A DNA stretch of 64,000 nucleotides from Octopus sinensis (taxonomy: Eukaryota): contig NC_043011.1 of NCBI RefSeq assembly GCF_006345805.1, positions 38,266,464 through 38,330,463 of the forward strand, written 5' to 3'. The position numbers and the translations under genes were made by a program. This document shows positions 1 through 13,971 of this stretch, piece by piece. The stretch's first letter is position 1. Each line of letters begins with the position of its first letter. The notes below the pieces were generated by a model. That model ran no database searches, was not told the DNA's origin, and saw only the letters and a program-made list of their open reading frames with translations.

Positions 1-105
1 AAATTAAAAAGATAAAATGGCGACAATTTACCCATCGCAACCTGTATATATATATATATATATACATATGATATATATATATATATATATATGTATATGT
101 GTGTG

Positions 106-137
<32 letters not shown>

Positions 138-147
138 CGTATGTATG

Positions 148-179
<32 letters not shown>

Positions 180-196
180 CTGTCGACTACATAGTC

Positions 197-991
197 TAGT
201 AGGGTCAATTGGGCACCGTCTGTGAGAAAAACACTATGATGCAATTCACTCTGCCAGAAATTTGAAAACGACCTGTTGTACTACTTAACATCCGCACCGG
301 AAGCTCCAATACGAATATTTCAGAATATTTAGACGTCAATCTGAAGACAGTGCAATCGGAGGACATGTACCGACAGTGATAAAGATAAGACATCCAGTAA
401 ACATCATGGTGTTTGGAGTGATGACTAGTGATGGCAACGTTATTCTCCCAATCATCTTCCCACACGGCCTCACACTGAATATGGAGTCCTACATCAAGTG
501 CCTGGAGGAGGCAGTGCTACTCTAGGTCAAGAGGGTGGCTGCAGGAAGACCCTCTCTCTGGCAACAGGACGCTGCATCGTCCCTCACAAGCAGGAAAACC
601 CATCCATGGCTGTCAGACATTTTCTGTAACCAAATTGCCCTTAATACCTGGCCACTCACACACCAAACTGCAATCTGCTTGATAATTATATGTGCAGCGC
701 AGATGAGCCAGATACCGACAAAACACCTTGTAACACCAAAGATGAACTGAAAGAAAGGATCATGGCAGAATTCGCTAATTTAAACAGGGAAAACGTCCAG
801 AAGAGTTGCAGGAAATTCCGACGTCGTCTGGATGCTGTGGTTAAGGCGAATGGTGATCATATTGAACAAATTTACTCTTTAGTATTTAAGATATTTTTAT
901 GTAATTTTGGTAAATATATATGTTAAATTGAGATGTCAGTGTTATTTTCATTTTTGTGTAATTTAGACGACGGTTTATTCACAGCACCCTG
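197..991 (+). mobile_element. Internally deleted Tc1/mariner (maT/DD37D-like) transposon relic
   Basis: Translation gives an N-terminal HTH-like stretch (ISEYLDVNLKTVQ) joined to the C-terminal catalytic half: HPVNIMVFGVMTSDG, WQQDAASSLTS, a degenerate WPxxSPxxNxLD, and CRKFRRRLDAVVKANGDHIE. The 3' end is ...CAGCACCCTG|TA. Stops and frameshifts present; the left TIR is degenerate. Confidence 0.85.
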
Positions 992-1026
992 TATATATAT
1001 ATATATTGATTGATTGATTGATAGAT

Positions 1027-1095
<69 letters not shown>

Positions 1096-1173
1096 TAGAT
1101 ATAGATATATACATTCAGACGTACGTACATATATATACACATATATGCATACATATATACATACACACACACC

Positions 1174-1208
<35 letters not shown>

Positions 1209-1259
1209 TATATATTATATATATATTTATTTATTTATATACATATATATATATATATA

Positions 1260-1750
1260 TTATATAAAATCCGTTCTGTACGTCTATGTGTCTGTCTTCT
1301 AGGATCTCGGGCATAAATCTCAAAAAAATTACAAAACTCGATTCCAAGTGAGAATGTGATCGATAAAGCCGTGTAGACGTGCATTTGTACGCGCAAGTAC
1401 ATCAGCTGTTGCGATCGATACTACGCGTACGCGAGAAAAATGCACGTGCAGTTTGCGCAAAAAAGCCAGCTGGCTTGAAATAATGCCACAAAATGCAGTA
1501 TATTTAAGAGACCAAAAAAGTAAGAAGCAAAAGAGATATTTTCTTCAAATTTGGCATGAAGGAAGGAAAGACTATTTGGTTTCTCAAGAAGTTCTTTTCC
1601 TTTGCCTTAACTTCGTTTAACAAAACCAAAAATTTTATTGAAATAAAGGCAGGGTTAATTATTTTTTAATGAAAAGAAAACACTGATTTCTTTTTATTCA
1701 GCAGATATAATTCAGCACCGTCCATCGGATGAGTGGGGGCGTTTTGCTCG
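1260..1750 (+). mobile_element. Non-autonomous Helitron-like element, copy 1
   Basis: Starts in TA run with TATATAAAATCC. Ends with degenerate hairpin CCGTCCATCGGATG and TTTTGCTCG|T. Both ends match the inverted copy at 62227-62660. Confidence 0.65.
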
Positions 1751-1757
1751 TATATAT

Positions 1758-2187
1758 TCTTTTATTCTTTTATTCTTTAACTTGTTTCAGTCATTTGACT
1801 GCGGCCATGCTGGAGCACCACTTTTTTTTTAATCGAGCAACTCGACCCCGGGACTTATACTTTTGTAAACCCAGTACTTATTCTATCGGTCTCTTTTGCC
1901 GAACCGTTAAGTAACGGGGACATAAACACACCAGTATTGGTTGTCAAGCAATGCTAGGGGGACAAACACAGACACACAAACACACACACGCATACATATA
2001 TATACATATATATATACATATATACGACGGGCTTCTTTCAGTTTTCGTCTACCAAATCCACTCACAAGGCTTTGGTCGGCCCGAGGCTATAGTAGAAGAC
2101 ACTTACCCAAAGTGCCACGCAGTGGGACTGAACCCGGAACCATGTGGTTGGTAAACAAGCTACTTACCACACAGCCACTCCTGCGCC
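1758..2187 (-). mobile_element. tRNA-derived SINE, family A
   Basis: Head GGAGTGGCTGTGTGGTAAG...GGGTTCAGTCCC, internal (TA)/(TG) microsatellite, tail TGACTGAAACAAG(TAAAAGAA)n. About 12 copies in the window. Confidence 0.9.
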
Positions 2188-2196
2188 TATATATAT

Positions 2197-2234
<38 letters not shown>

Positions 2235-2976
2235 ATGAGATCACGTATACAAATAGCTATTCATCATCTAAAGTCAAAATTCCTCATTGCAACATCAGCT
2301 GGTTTACACACTTAGTGTGAGATTCATTCCATTGCTGAAGCATTCCTGGCCTTAATAAATAAGCAATTTCCAACCTACTGTTGACCCGTAAGTTTTTCAT
2401 CAAATAGAATTGAATTTAAATTGTTATATCTGTATCACCACTGTGAATTAATGTATTGACACGAACAACTTCTTAAATCAATTGAAGCCAACAATATTTG
2501 TAGGTGTGTTGCAATGCAAACGAATAACTATTTGTGTGAAGACATACAGCGCAGAAGGGAATTTGTATGGCGCAGGTGATGGATACAGCAAACCAAACCT
2601 CGTCATTATGCTTAAATTCGTTGAGAACAATTACGAAAATTAATGTAAGCTACGTAACTGAAACTTCTATCTTCAGAGCTTCGAAATAAAAATATGGAAT
2701 TATGTTTCTAATATGAAAACATGCGTCACTGCTTTTATGATAAAGGGCCGAGATATTTCATACATTCTGGTCTTATAGAAATTACTGAAAGATCCGGGGT
2801 TAATGCTTAAGTGATAAGAGCCACATACTTGTTAACTAAATATACCTTTACACTCTGTTAGCATCAAATTTGAATTTTCAACATATGTCATTACGCTGAC
2901 AAGTACATTTAGAAATACAGGAAGGTTTTGCATTCACGTGAATGAATGGAAGAATTCATAATAATTGTTTAGCATT

Positions 2977-3380
2977 AGGTACAGGCATGGCTGTATGGTA
3001 AGAAGTTTGTTTCTCAACCACATACTTCCGGTTCAGTCCCACTTCGTGGCACATTGAGGAATTGTCTTATGCTAGAGTCCGGGCTAACCAAAGAGGGGGA
3101 AGTAGATTTAGTCGATGCAAATTGATAGAAGCCTGTAGTATATGTGTTCGTGTTTGTGTGTGTTTGTGAGGAAGTGTCTTTAAGTTTTTGTTTGTCTCCT
3201 ACCACAGCCTGACAATCGGTGTCGGTGTGTTTACGCGTTCGTAACCTAGTGATTCGACAAAGACGATTAGTAGAATAAATACCCGACTTAAAAATAAGTA
3301 CTGGGGTATATTCTTTTGAGTAAAATACTTCAACGCAGTACCCAGCATGACCGCAATCTAATAACTGAAAGAATTAAGAC
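2977..3380 (+). mobile_element. SINE family A, diverged copy
   Basis: Colinear with 1758-2187 with many substitutions. Confidence 0.8.
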
Positions 3381-4450
3381 ATAAATGATGACAGATTCGT
3401 ATGCAATTCCACACCGTTTATCTCCTCACTAATAAGCGATACTTATGATGTCACTATAATTTAAAGCATTGTACTCGAGAAATATCCTTCAGACTGTAAA
3501 CTTTCTGGCTTTAAGGGTGTCGCGAAAACACTAGTTTGCGGCCCAACCTTCCGATTTCTTTTACAGTGCTTCGAAACCTGAATGGCCGCCGCAATACGTG
3601 TGTGAACCTGAGAGGAAAATATGTTGAATAATATCATAATTAACTGATCTTACTGTATTTTCTTTTACCCAAAGCCAGGAAATTTTCAATTGTCCCTCGT
3701 ACACCTGCAAAAACTAATACCAACATTTCGACCTGCAACAACAACGACTACCAATACGATCATCAGGGCAACCAGAAAGAGTAGAACTATGGATGGCTAC
3801 AATGATCACAGCGTTCACCAACCTCCATAGACCATCGCAGCACTGACAATCACTACTCCAACAACAATGACATCACAGGACCAAGCTACACCGACAACTT
3901 CAACCAATAGGAGCTTTGGAAAGAACAATGTTTACACTGAGTGCCACAATTTAAAACAAACAAACTAGTATTAATAGCTTTAGCCCTAAGCACAAACACA
4001 GTCCCCTACACAGTCACAATTTTTGCTACACTTTGACTATTCTTTGATATTATTAAGAGTAATTGGCTATAAAGATTACTTTAAATCCTAAATAGATCGA
4101 GAGAGAGGGAAAGAGAGAGAGAGAGCGAGGCAGAGTGACAGAAACAGAAACAGACAGACAGACAGACAGGAAAATTTCTTTCATAAAGAAGAGGACAAAA
4201 CATTCATATGGTACAACCTCATTTTATCGTAGTAGCTTTCGATTTATTATATTACAGAAGGTTTACAAATTAACAACCAAGATATATTTACCGTTTATTC
4301 GTCAACGCCGCCACCTTAATTTCACGTCCAACCATTTTCCTACTCGCTACCGTTTATTTACAATATTTTCTTAAAACATATTGCATTGTTTCATTGTCTT
4401 GCGAAGTTCTTTGTTGTAAATCGATTGTGAATTTTTCTCCTCTTTATACA

Positions 4451-4486
<36 letters not shown>

Positions 4487-4767
4487 TATATATATTTGAT
4501 ATTTTATATTGTTTTATTTATTTATTATTCAAATTTATTTATTTATTATTTATTTATGGATTCTTTTCCACTTTAAAGTCTGTTTTTGTTTTGAGGATTT
4601 GGCGATATAAGTAATTTTCTATATCGGTTTCTTGAATAATATAATCACCTTTTTTTTACTCTTCTTCAAAAGCTGCCATTATATTATATATTTTGTGATG
4701 TATCAGAAAGATTTAGATAGTGTATATATACATACATATATATACATATTATAAGTGTGTGTGCCTA

Positions 4768-4812
<45 letters not shown>

Positions 4813-4830
4813 ATGTATTCACACACAAGC

Positions 4831-4888
<58 letters not shown>

Positions 4889-6685
4889 ATATATATATAT
4901 ATATATATCAACGATTAAATCACGAAAATATTCAATTATGTCTTCCTGTGTGCGAAAAATGAATTATTTAGTTCAATATTTAATTGTTGAAAATACGGAC
5001 TTGATGAATGGCGTGGTAATGAAAAGGAAATGAAGTGTAAAAGGTTTCTGAAAAACCATTCTAGTTTCAATATTTTACTGAGAAATTTTCACTTTGAAGT
5101 AGAACCCTGAAATACCGCGGCTGGTAATAAACACTTTTGTGTTGAATAAGATTCCGTCTAGTTGTATAATCACAATAGACGCAACAAAAGCAATTTACTT
5201 CATAGAAGAAAATCATGCTCACGTTACGCTACAGTTTCTTTTTCTTTGAGCAGAATTGAAGATTTGACGAAGAAGTATGCAACTATTTGATATGTTTTAA
5301 AATCTTAGAAAGCATGCACAGACCTTTATAAGGTATTTCTTTATAAAGTTTTATTAAACCACATGTTGAGTTGATTAAATTGTTTTGTTCCAGCTCAGAC
5401 ATATAAGTATACAAACGTCAAAATACTTTTTTAACAAAGAAATTGTGAAGAAACTAATACTTATTTATTATATTTTCAAGAATTATTTGTACTTAATTTT
5501 CAGATTAATGTGTAGAAAGCAACATGTTCGCAATACCTTTTTTTTTTTGCAGTTTTTGCATGTATTTCTCAATGCGTAGATAATCTTTTTCTCATATTAC
5601 AGTAACCATATAGTTGACTTACATGAAAATATATGTTGGATTACTGGGTATCTCTACTTGTATTTTGTATGCAGGAAGACAAACCATTAGTTTTATTGAT
5701 CATATATGTTAGGTTGTTATTTTGAGATGCTTCAAGAATATAATATCAGGAACAAAAATTGTTTCCCTGCTGTTATTTCCAATAGATGTCACAGAAGACG
5801 TAAATCAGCGAAAATTGTTTAGCAAAGAAAAAACAGATAGAGACGGCGAGAGAGAAACGAAGAAAGAAAGACACAGAGTGAGAGAGAGAGAGAGAGAGGT
5901 GGAGGTAAACAAAGAGATAATAGAATCTTTCGGGGACTTTCATTCACTTCCGAACAATTTACTACGAAACTATACACAGCGGAGTTTCTGCGTGGTAATT
6001 GAATGTACCTCGAAGAAATATTTGACAACTTTCTCTTGAATGACATATGAGGAAGGTGCGATATGACATAACTAGGACGGTGCTACTGCTACGCAGACCG
6101 ATATCGCGAGCGGAATCCGAAGAAAGATCACTCAGACGATTAGTAGTCAATGACTAATGAATAAAATCCAGCGGCTTCCCAACTCATGTGACATCTCGGC
6201 TCTCTGACATTCCAGCTGATACCATAATGAACTCTACCACTCGGAGCTAGCTACTCTCATGCCGCCAACACAGAGGGGTAATTGACTCGTTTCTCTTTGC
6301 CACTCGGTCAGCAATGTTGTATTTTGTTCCAACTACCCCAGTTTTTTATGGCCCCGTGCTAATCTCTATGCCTTTTCCTTTCCTCCCAAAAGACCGACCA
6401 TTTGGAATCTACTCCTTTCTCCTATTTATTTGAACAGGTATTCATCTGTATCAGATTACACGGAGGCGCTATTAAGAGCATCAAACTCCAGGGGTCTCGG
6501 TAGGACAGCAAAGACTGTACGTGCCTCATCGTCCTCATAAAATTACACACGTGACAAAATGGAAAAATAATACAAATAATACAAAAGTATCGTCCACACG
6601 CATCACAAAAGGCACATACATATAACAATTACAACATATAACAAAGCGCAGATTCTCCATTTCTATTTCCGTTTCTGTCACACAA

Positions 6686-6717
<32 letters not shown>

Positions 6718-6986
6718 ACACACAATGTACGCAATGTACGTAAGGTCGCACATTACTGGATTCAGTAGAGCAAATGTATCAAAGAAAAAGCCTTGTCGTA
6801 TTCAGTTATCTCCGTTTGTTTTGTGACGTCAAAATTTTGTGCAGGTTCGTGTGTCATCCGTTCCAAGCACTCAAATTAAGTGCTCTTATTGGTGTTTGGG
6901 TCTTTAGCATAAAGTTTGGTGCTCTGGCGGGGCGATGTTTTCTTACATATGTGCGTGTACGCATATAAATTTTAGCTATCTATATA

Positions 6987-7058
<72 letters not shown>

Positions 7059-8334
7059 GTCTATATATCTATTTATCTATCTACCCATATATCTATATCT
7101 ATATATATATATATATACACACACAAACACAGACACAGAATCACGCTAATAGCTCAGAAGTGAAATTTAGAATTTCTCAGCTTCTGTAAATCGATTTTGA
7201 TAAAACTTTTCCAAGCTGGTTTCCACATTATGGCATCCTCATTGTTATGTTTTCATTATTCTGTATAATGTCCTTTCTATTTTTATTTCAAATTCTTCAG
7301 TTTTTGTGTGAACCACGCTAATAGCTTTTGAAAGAAAATAGCCCGTCTGAACATTATTTTTCAGGAAATGAAGGGTAAAATATGTATGTATCACGCCATT
7401 TACGACCTTAGACATGAACGATTGACAAAGCGAAAGAGGGAAATACTATGCGGCCAAACGAACGTCCGGAGATAGTAACCAAATGTCTTCTAGCGTCTGA
7501 AAACATGTCATTGTATTTTCGATAATATATAAGTGCAATATACTTGTTGCAGGGAAATTTATGCTGTTCACGGCTGCAATATCTTGGATCATAGCTGCAA
7601 CGCTTTTGATCCCACTCAGTCAGGAATGATCTTGGCTTTAAAAGCATCAAAGGAAATCCACCAAACAATCTTAACATTAGAAGATAAAACTAAACACTGT
7701 TAGATATTTAGGTTGATGTTTTTGGTTTTTTTTTCTTGGCTGTCATCTTGCAAATATGAAGAAAGAAAAAAGAATATATTGCAGAAACAAAGAGGATATT
7801 TGTTTGTGAAGATATATTGACAGATGTTGCTAGAATGACAAACGATCGGGTCTTAAATTTCATTCTAAGGAAACATAGATGCTGGTGAGATAATTGAGAA
7901 AAAATGTGCACACATGTGCTTATGAATAGATGTGCCTATCAGTTTCACATTTGTATACAATATATTGAAATGTCGAACCAACAAGAGAGAATCCACGTGA
8001 CCAATAAACTTGTTAGAAATTGCAGGCAAATCTTACTGAAATCCCACCATACCGTCTTGAAATGTGTAACGTTGTATAATATAGTCGTTCTTAAAGTATG
8101 GTTGAAAGAAAATGGAATTCTCACGAATGGAATCATTTTGGTAGTAGTTCTGGATCAGAAAAAGGCAGGAACTAAACGATAAAATCATGTGTTAAATCGT
8201 AAAAATTGGAAACATCTTGAGTTAATAATAACTTTACTCTTCCTTTTTTTAAATCTTTTACTTGGTTCAGTCGTTACACTGCGGCCTTGCAGGAGCACCA
8301 CCTTGAAGGAATTTGATTAAATGACTCGACATTT

Positions 8335-8520
8335 TAGGAGTGGAGAAGGAAATGTCAATTATATCAACCACAGATTTTGACTAGTATTTTATTTTATCGA
8401 CCACGGAAGGATTAAAGCGAAAGTTCACTGCAGTGGGATTAAGGGTAGAAGGAATGTCTCAGAATGACATAAAGACATTTTGTTCAGCTCGTGGTTCAGC
8501 TAATTCACTGCCTTTTAAAA
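8335..8520 (-). mobile_element. SINE family B, degenerate
   Basis: Reverse-complement similarity to the GTCGACTTTGCCTTTCATCCTTTCGGGGTCGATAAA core. Confidence 0.55.
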
Positions 8521-8732
8521 TCAGTCAAATTATATCCCGCCACCTTAAAATATTAAAACACGTTGGTTAATACTTGGTATAGTGTACAAGAGGTGTTATA
8601 CTAATTATATTATATTAATTATATTATACTTGAGGGATTTTTACCTTTTGACCGACAGATTTAAAAAATAATTTTTTGTAACTAAACACTTTCAAACTTC
8701 GGACACTCGTAGAATGAGTCATATAAAACATC

Positions 8733-9018
8733 TTTTACCCGTAGCGTTTTTGAGAAAACCTTATATTTAGGAAGTTATTTCACGTTAAAGTTGTAGCATT
8801 TCGGTAATTTCAACCAATCAATGACGTGTATTCAGCTGAATAAAATTACTGCCGTTGTTTGTCAACAATAACTATCAGCGGTGTATTTTTCGTTTGTCAC
8901 TGTAATTTTATTCAGCTGAATACACGTCATTGATTGGTCGAAATCACCGAAATACTACAACTTTAACGTCAAATAACTTCCTAAATATAAGGTTTTCTCA
9001 AAGACGCTAAGAGTAAAA
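8733..9018. repeat. Foldback palindrome (MITE-like), ~117 bp arms
   Basis: 8733-8849 is the near reverse complement of 8902-9018, with a ~52 nt spacer. Confidence 0.9.
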
Positions 9019-9044
9019 TATCTATATATATAAAACTGTATGAT

Positions 9045-9261
9045 TCTTTTAATCTTTTGCTTGTTTCAGTCATTTGACTGGGGTCATGCTACAGCACCGC
9101 ATGTAATCGAGCAAATCGACCCCAGGACTTATCCTTTGTAGGCCTAGTACTTATTATATCGGTCTCCGCTAAGTTACGGGGACGTAAACACACTAGTATC
9201 GGTTGTCAAGCGATGTTGGGGGACAAACACAGACACAAAAACATATACACACATACATACA

Positions 9262-9309
<48 letters not shown>

Positions 9310-9460
9310 CGACAGGTTTCTTTCAGTTTCTGTCTACCAAATCCACTCACAATGCTTCGGTCACCCTGAGACTATAGTAGAAGACACTTGCCCAAGTTTC
9401 ACGCAGTGGGACTGAACCCGGAACCGTGTGGTTGGTAAGCAAGCTACTTACCACACAGCC
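9045..9460 (-). mobile_element. SINE family A
   Basis: Full-length match to 1758-2187. Confidence 0.9.
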
Positions 9461-9464
9461 AGGT

Positions 9465-9850
9465 GCTGAGTTCACATTCCGACTCGGTCGATTTTGCTTT
9501 TCAACCTTTCGAGGTCGATAAAATAACGTGCCAGTCAAGCACTAATTTCAATGTAATCAATCAGCCCCCTCCCCTCAAAAATTGCTAAATTTGAGCCGAA
9601 GTTAGAAATAATTATTTAGTTAAATAGGACGGAATTATTTCATTCACGTTTTGGTCTCACTGAGCCGTTAAAATGGTTAGCACTACGAGAAAATCCTTAG
9701 TGGCATTTCTTTGGTCTTTACCTCCTGAATTCAAATTCCACTGAGTTCGATTTTGCCTTTCGTACTCTCAGGGTCCATAAAATAAGTAGTAATCGAGCTT
9801 TGGGTCGATTTAATCGACTTGCCCCCTTACTCCAAAATTCCAGGCTGTGT
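9465..9850 (+). mobile_element. Two degenerate SINE family B copies
   Basis: GAGTTCA B-box followed by TTTGCCTTTC...GGTCGATAAAATAAGTA core, seen twice. Confidence 0.7.
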
Positions 9851-12800
9851 GTCCCAGGGCCTGCTATTTCATACCTGTTGAATACTGTGTTCGATATAAT
9901 CGACTTATTCTTTCTCTGAAAACTACTGGACTTGTAGCAATAATTTGAAGGATTTATGACATAATTAGCGACTCAGTTCTTTGTTTTTACTCATTTAATT
10001 CATCAACATTTATAGGACCTCCATCTACGGCTGGAATGCATTGCCCTAGAAAGCACAACCAGGCCGAATTTTTAGCTATGTAGAGGTCACCGCTAAATGC
10101 TCCAGTCTCAAGTAACTAGTGATATAAATCCATATAAACCAATACGGTTTTCCTCGCCATTTATTTCTCGTTAGCTTTATAATGTTTCCTGCATAAAACA
10201 CATTCACATTGACATAATTCTTTTCCAGTTAAACTGAGTTACATCAATGCTTTTGTTTTAATCGATATCCAAAGACCGAGTTTGAACTTTTAATAATCAT
10301 ATCAGTTTTCTAGTCCAACACCAAAACTTCTTGGCAAATATTCTTTGTAAATGGAAGAGAAAATTTGCCATTTACGAAGTTGTAAACATTTTTACATTTT
10401 AATGTAAATCGTTCCGTTTGCCAATGTATAATTGAGTGAGATGCAATACGCTATAAAGAATAGGAAAAAAATCGAAAGCATAAATAGCAGAAAACTACGA
10501 AACAAATAAATATAATACTAACGCCTGCTGCAAATACCAAATAATTATCTATTTGCCATCAATCTGCATTAATTGAAATACATCGTTATTTCATAGAATA
10601 TATTATTTTTTAATAGAAAAAATAACTCAGTGAAAATGCTATAAATGAATAATTTATCCCGTTTTATTTTATATTATGTAGTTAACGTATGATTATTTTT
10701 TAAAGTTAAAATCCATTATCAAAACAACAAAACAACACACATATGTGTGAGTGTATGTGTGTGATATATAATCAATTATGTTACCTAAGTTTTAAATCCA
10801 TTGTCACTGCGTAATCCTTACATTCACTCATGACATTCAGAAATTTATTTTCCATGTAATTTATTTATAAGCCTTATAAATATGCATCTTAACCTCACAG
10901 CGTGCTTGGTTGCTACATATCCAATATATATAGCATCAGTACTTATGGCTCCTAAAAGTTTGAGTCGCCATTATTATTTGTTATATTTCTTGCCATACTG
11001 AACGAAGGTGCAAACATTTTTATAAACCTTCACTTTATTTCGATCTAAACCAAACTTTAAAATATCAATAGTGTGCATATTCATTTTTAACGCCTACCAA
11101 CAGCCTTGTAGGTAAATATGCTAATCCCCATTGTTCCTCACATTTTCAGACTAACTTCTTCGTTGAGATGATGTATTTTCACAACGTACTAGATTCGGTG
11201 AGGAAGTAAACATTGTCACACCACTGTTTCGATTTCATTTGTCTCTTCAGTCAAATCTAAACTTGCATTTCTGAATCTAAACAAAATCGGTTTATAGAAT
11301 TCATTACAAAAGTGGTGATGTGTGTGCTGATGAGTACTGCTTTCTTACCAGTCAATAATAAGTTATTACGGTTCCGTAAAACACTAAAAATGAAAATGAG
11401 ATAGATATTTGTCACCACAAGACTCTATTTGCTTACCCAAGGGAAGGAACTCATAACATGTTTGGAAACTCATGTTTGGAAATGGTTCTTCTTTATCACA
11501 CAGCCATTCCTGACAAATCTTTTAGTATGTTACTGCAATTATCAGAAATACCTCAAATATTTTTTTACATTCTCATTTGCCAAATGACAATTTCATCTAC
11601 CTGTTATACAGTATTAGTATAATAGTGTCTTTCACAAAATCAATCGCACGGAGCCTTTACGTCGACACTGCTCCAACAAACGTTGTTGCACAGAGTATAT
11701 ATATGCGTAAATAATTGCGACTAATATTTATCAACTCTGGGAGTAAACATGAAAAATGTAAACAAGGCTCAACCTCACAGCAATCTAATCTAGCGCCAAT
11801 AACATCAATTCTGCTTTAAATAAGCGTTCAAGGTCTCGTGATCGCTGTTGGAGATGGAAAATTGGGCTGATACATAAAGCTGGATGAAATGCCTATTGCT
11901 TTGTTCAATCGTGAAGGCCCCTAGTTAGGAGCGACTGGTTTCATTTATAGCATTTTCACTGAGTTTTTTTTCTATTAAAAAATCATATAGTCTATAAAAT
12001 AACGATGTATATCACTCTTGTGATATATATAGTCCAAATGACAGGAACGCTTCTGCTCTTTTACTTATTCACTTTAAAGTTGTTGTTGTTGTTGAGGCTG
12101 TTATTTTTGTTGTTTTTTGACATGGCTGTTAGAGCTTTTTGTTTTATTGTTGACGAGTGAATGCTGTTTTTCTTAACTCTAAGTCACAATACATTGAACA
12201 GAATTATGACCACTATCCTCAAACCATAATCTTCACGTTCTGCTTTTCCTTTTTGTTTGTTTTAATTTGCTTTTCCAAAATACTGTTGATGTATATCATG
12301 TGATATGTGGCTGCTATATTAATCGAGTGACAACTAAAGACTCCCTAATTCGTTCTGATAATGTCCTTTTTGTTATAATCATTGCTTCTCCCTTTCACAA
12401 TTGCCAAACGTATTCTTATACAAATCATGAAGCAACAAACTAAATTAAGTAAAGGAAATTTATGATTTATTTGATTAACCAAGTTTGGCTTTGCTTTAGA
12501 ATTCATTAATAAGTCCACAAAGATAGACAACATCAGAAATGTCACATAACCACCATGCTGCTAATTATCTGTATGGCTTCACTTACAAATCATAAATCAG
12601 TTCCCACGGCCATGCTAATGAAGCCTACAATAACGCTATTATTTGGTCCTGTCATGTTCTTTGTCCTATGGTTCTCATGAAACAGAGAAACATGTAATGC
12701 CAATAGGTGGAAACCGAGGATATAATTAAATTATTGGAGCATATTAAATAAGTTTTGATACTATTGAGATTTTGCTAAAATAATAGTCTACATTCTGCAG

Positions 12801-12974
12801 TTCTTGATAGAACAAACGAGTCACTTCCCAATATTTTGTCTCAATAGTATGCATTCTTTTCTGAGAATCAGCGTTTTGAGTTTATGAAAGTATAAAAGGG
12901 ACTTCATGTCTATAATCTGTTTTACAAAACTAGATGGAATTTTAAGGAAATTAGTTATCGATTGGCGCAGCTAG

Positions 12975-13080
12975 GTGCAGGCATTGCTGTCTGGTAAGAT
13001 GCTTGCTTTTCAGCTACATGATTTCGGGTTCTGTCCCACTGCGTCGCAGCTTGGGCAAGCGTCTACCACCAATAACGTCA
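12975..13080 (+). mobile_element. SINE family A head fragment
   Basis: Matches the family A 5' region up to CTTGGGCAAG. Confidence 0.65.
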
Positions 13081-13256
13081 ACTCTTCTGTAACAAAGTGT
13101 TCAAGGTCTTGTGGTTGCTGTTGGAGATGGAAAAGAATCAGACGATCTTCGCAAAACGAAACCATGACCAAGGATTTAATATCCATAACCATCCTTATGT
13201 TTCAGGCAAGAATTAATTTTGATAAAATTATTGAATTTATTAATTTATAGAAATGT

Positions 13257-13555
13257 GGAAGCACATGGCCTAGTGGTTAGAGAAGCAGACTCGCGGTCGA
13301 GAGATCGCGGGTTCGAATCTCAGAACGAGCGATGTGTGTGTTTATGACCGAAACACCTATGCTCCACGCGGCTCCGGCGGAATGTAATGGCGAACTTTTG
13401 CTGACTTTTTCGCCACAACTTTCTCTCACTCTTTCCTCCTGCATCTTGCATCTCACCCGCGACGGACCGGCATCCCGTCAAGGTGGCAACCTATACGCCA
13501 AGGAAACCGGGAACCGGCCCTATGAGCCAGGCGTGGCTCGAGAAGGAACAAACAA
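13257..13555 (+). mobile_element. tRNA-derived SINE, family C
   Basis: A-box TGGCCTAGTGG and B-box GGTTCGAATC. No CCA or cloverleaf 3' arm; continues into ~230 nt of SINE body. Confidence 0.8.
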
Positions 13556-13971
13556 TTTATAGAAATAGATTAATATAACATGAAAGCTATTTAGTTGATG
13601 TTTCTTACTGCTAGACCAAACCCGTAGAAAATACCTTGATTGTTAAATTGTTTTCTTTAACGCTTTCTTAATTAGCGTCTTGAATTACAATATGTCTATA
13701 AGGGGAGGCGGTGAGCTGGCAGAATCGTTAGCACACCGAGTGAACTGCGATCGATCTAATCGACTGGCCGCCTCCTCCAGAATTTCGGGTCTTGTACCCG
13801 GAGCAGAAAAGAATATTTCTATAAGGGAAATTCTACGTAGGAAAATAATCGGCAATGGTAACAAACAGGTCTACGCTACTATGATGTCTCTGTTCAAAGC
13901 AGACATTAGGCGGTGGATGCTTTAAGATGCGAGCTTATTGAATGTGTTACATTATATTTCAAATTGTAAAG

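Noticed and set aside
3700-3965. Thr-rich mucin-like reading frame
   Set aside because: Internal stop; consistent with decayed (ACA/ACT)n repeats.
7500-7630. Hydrophobic peptide (MLFTAAISWIIAATLLIPL) resembling a receptor transmembrane helix
   Set aside because: Bounded by stops, with no splice context or further helices in frame.
11827-13134. 36 bp repeat at 11827-11862 and 13099-13134
   Set aside because: Most likely fragments of an old dispersed repeat; no further structure.
13257-13335. tRNA gene-like sequence (also 31560-31648, 59780-59860, 56505-56575)
   Set aside because: A/B boxes are present but there is no complete cloverleaf, and each continues into a SINE body.
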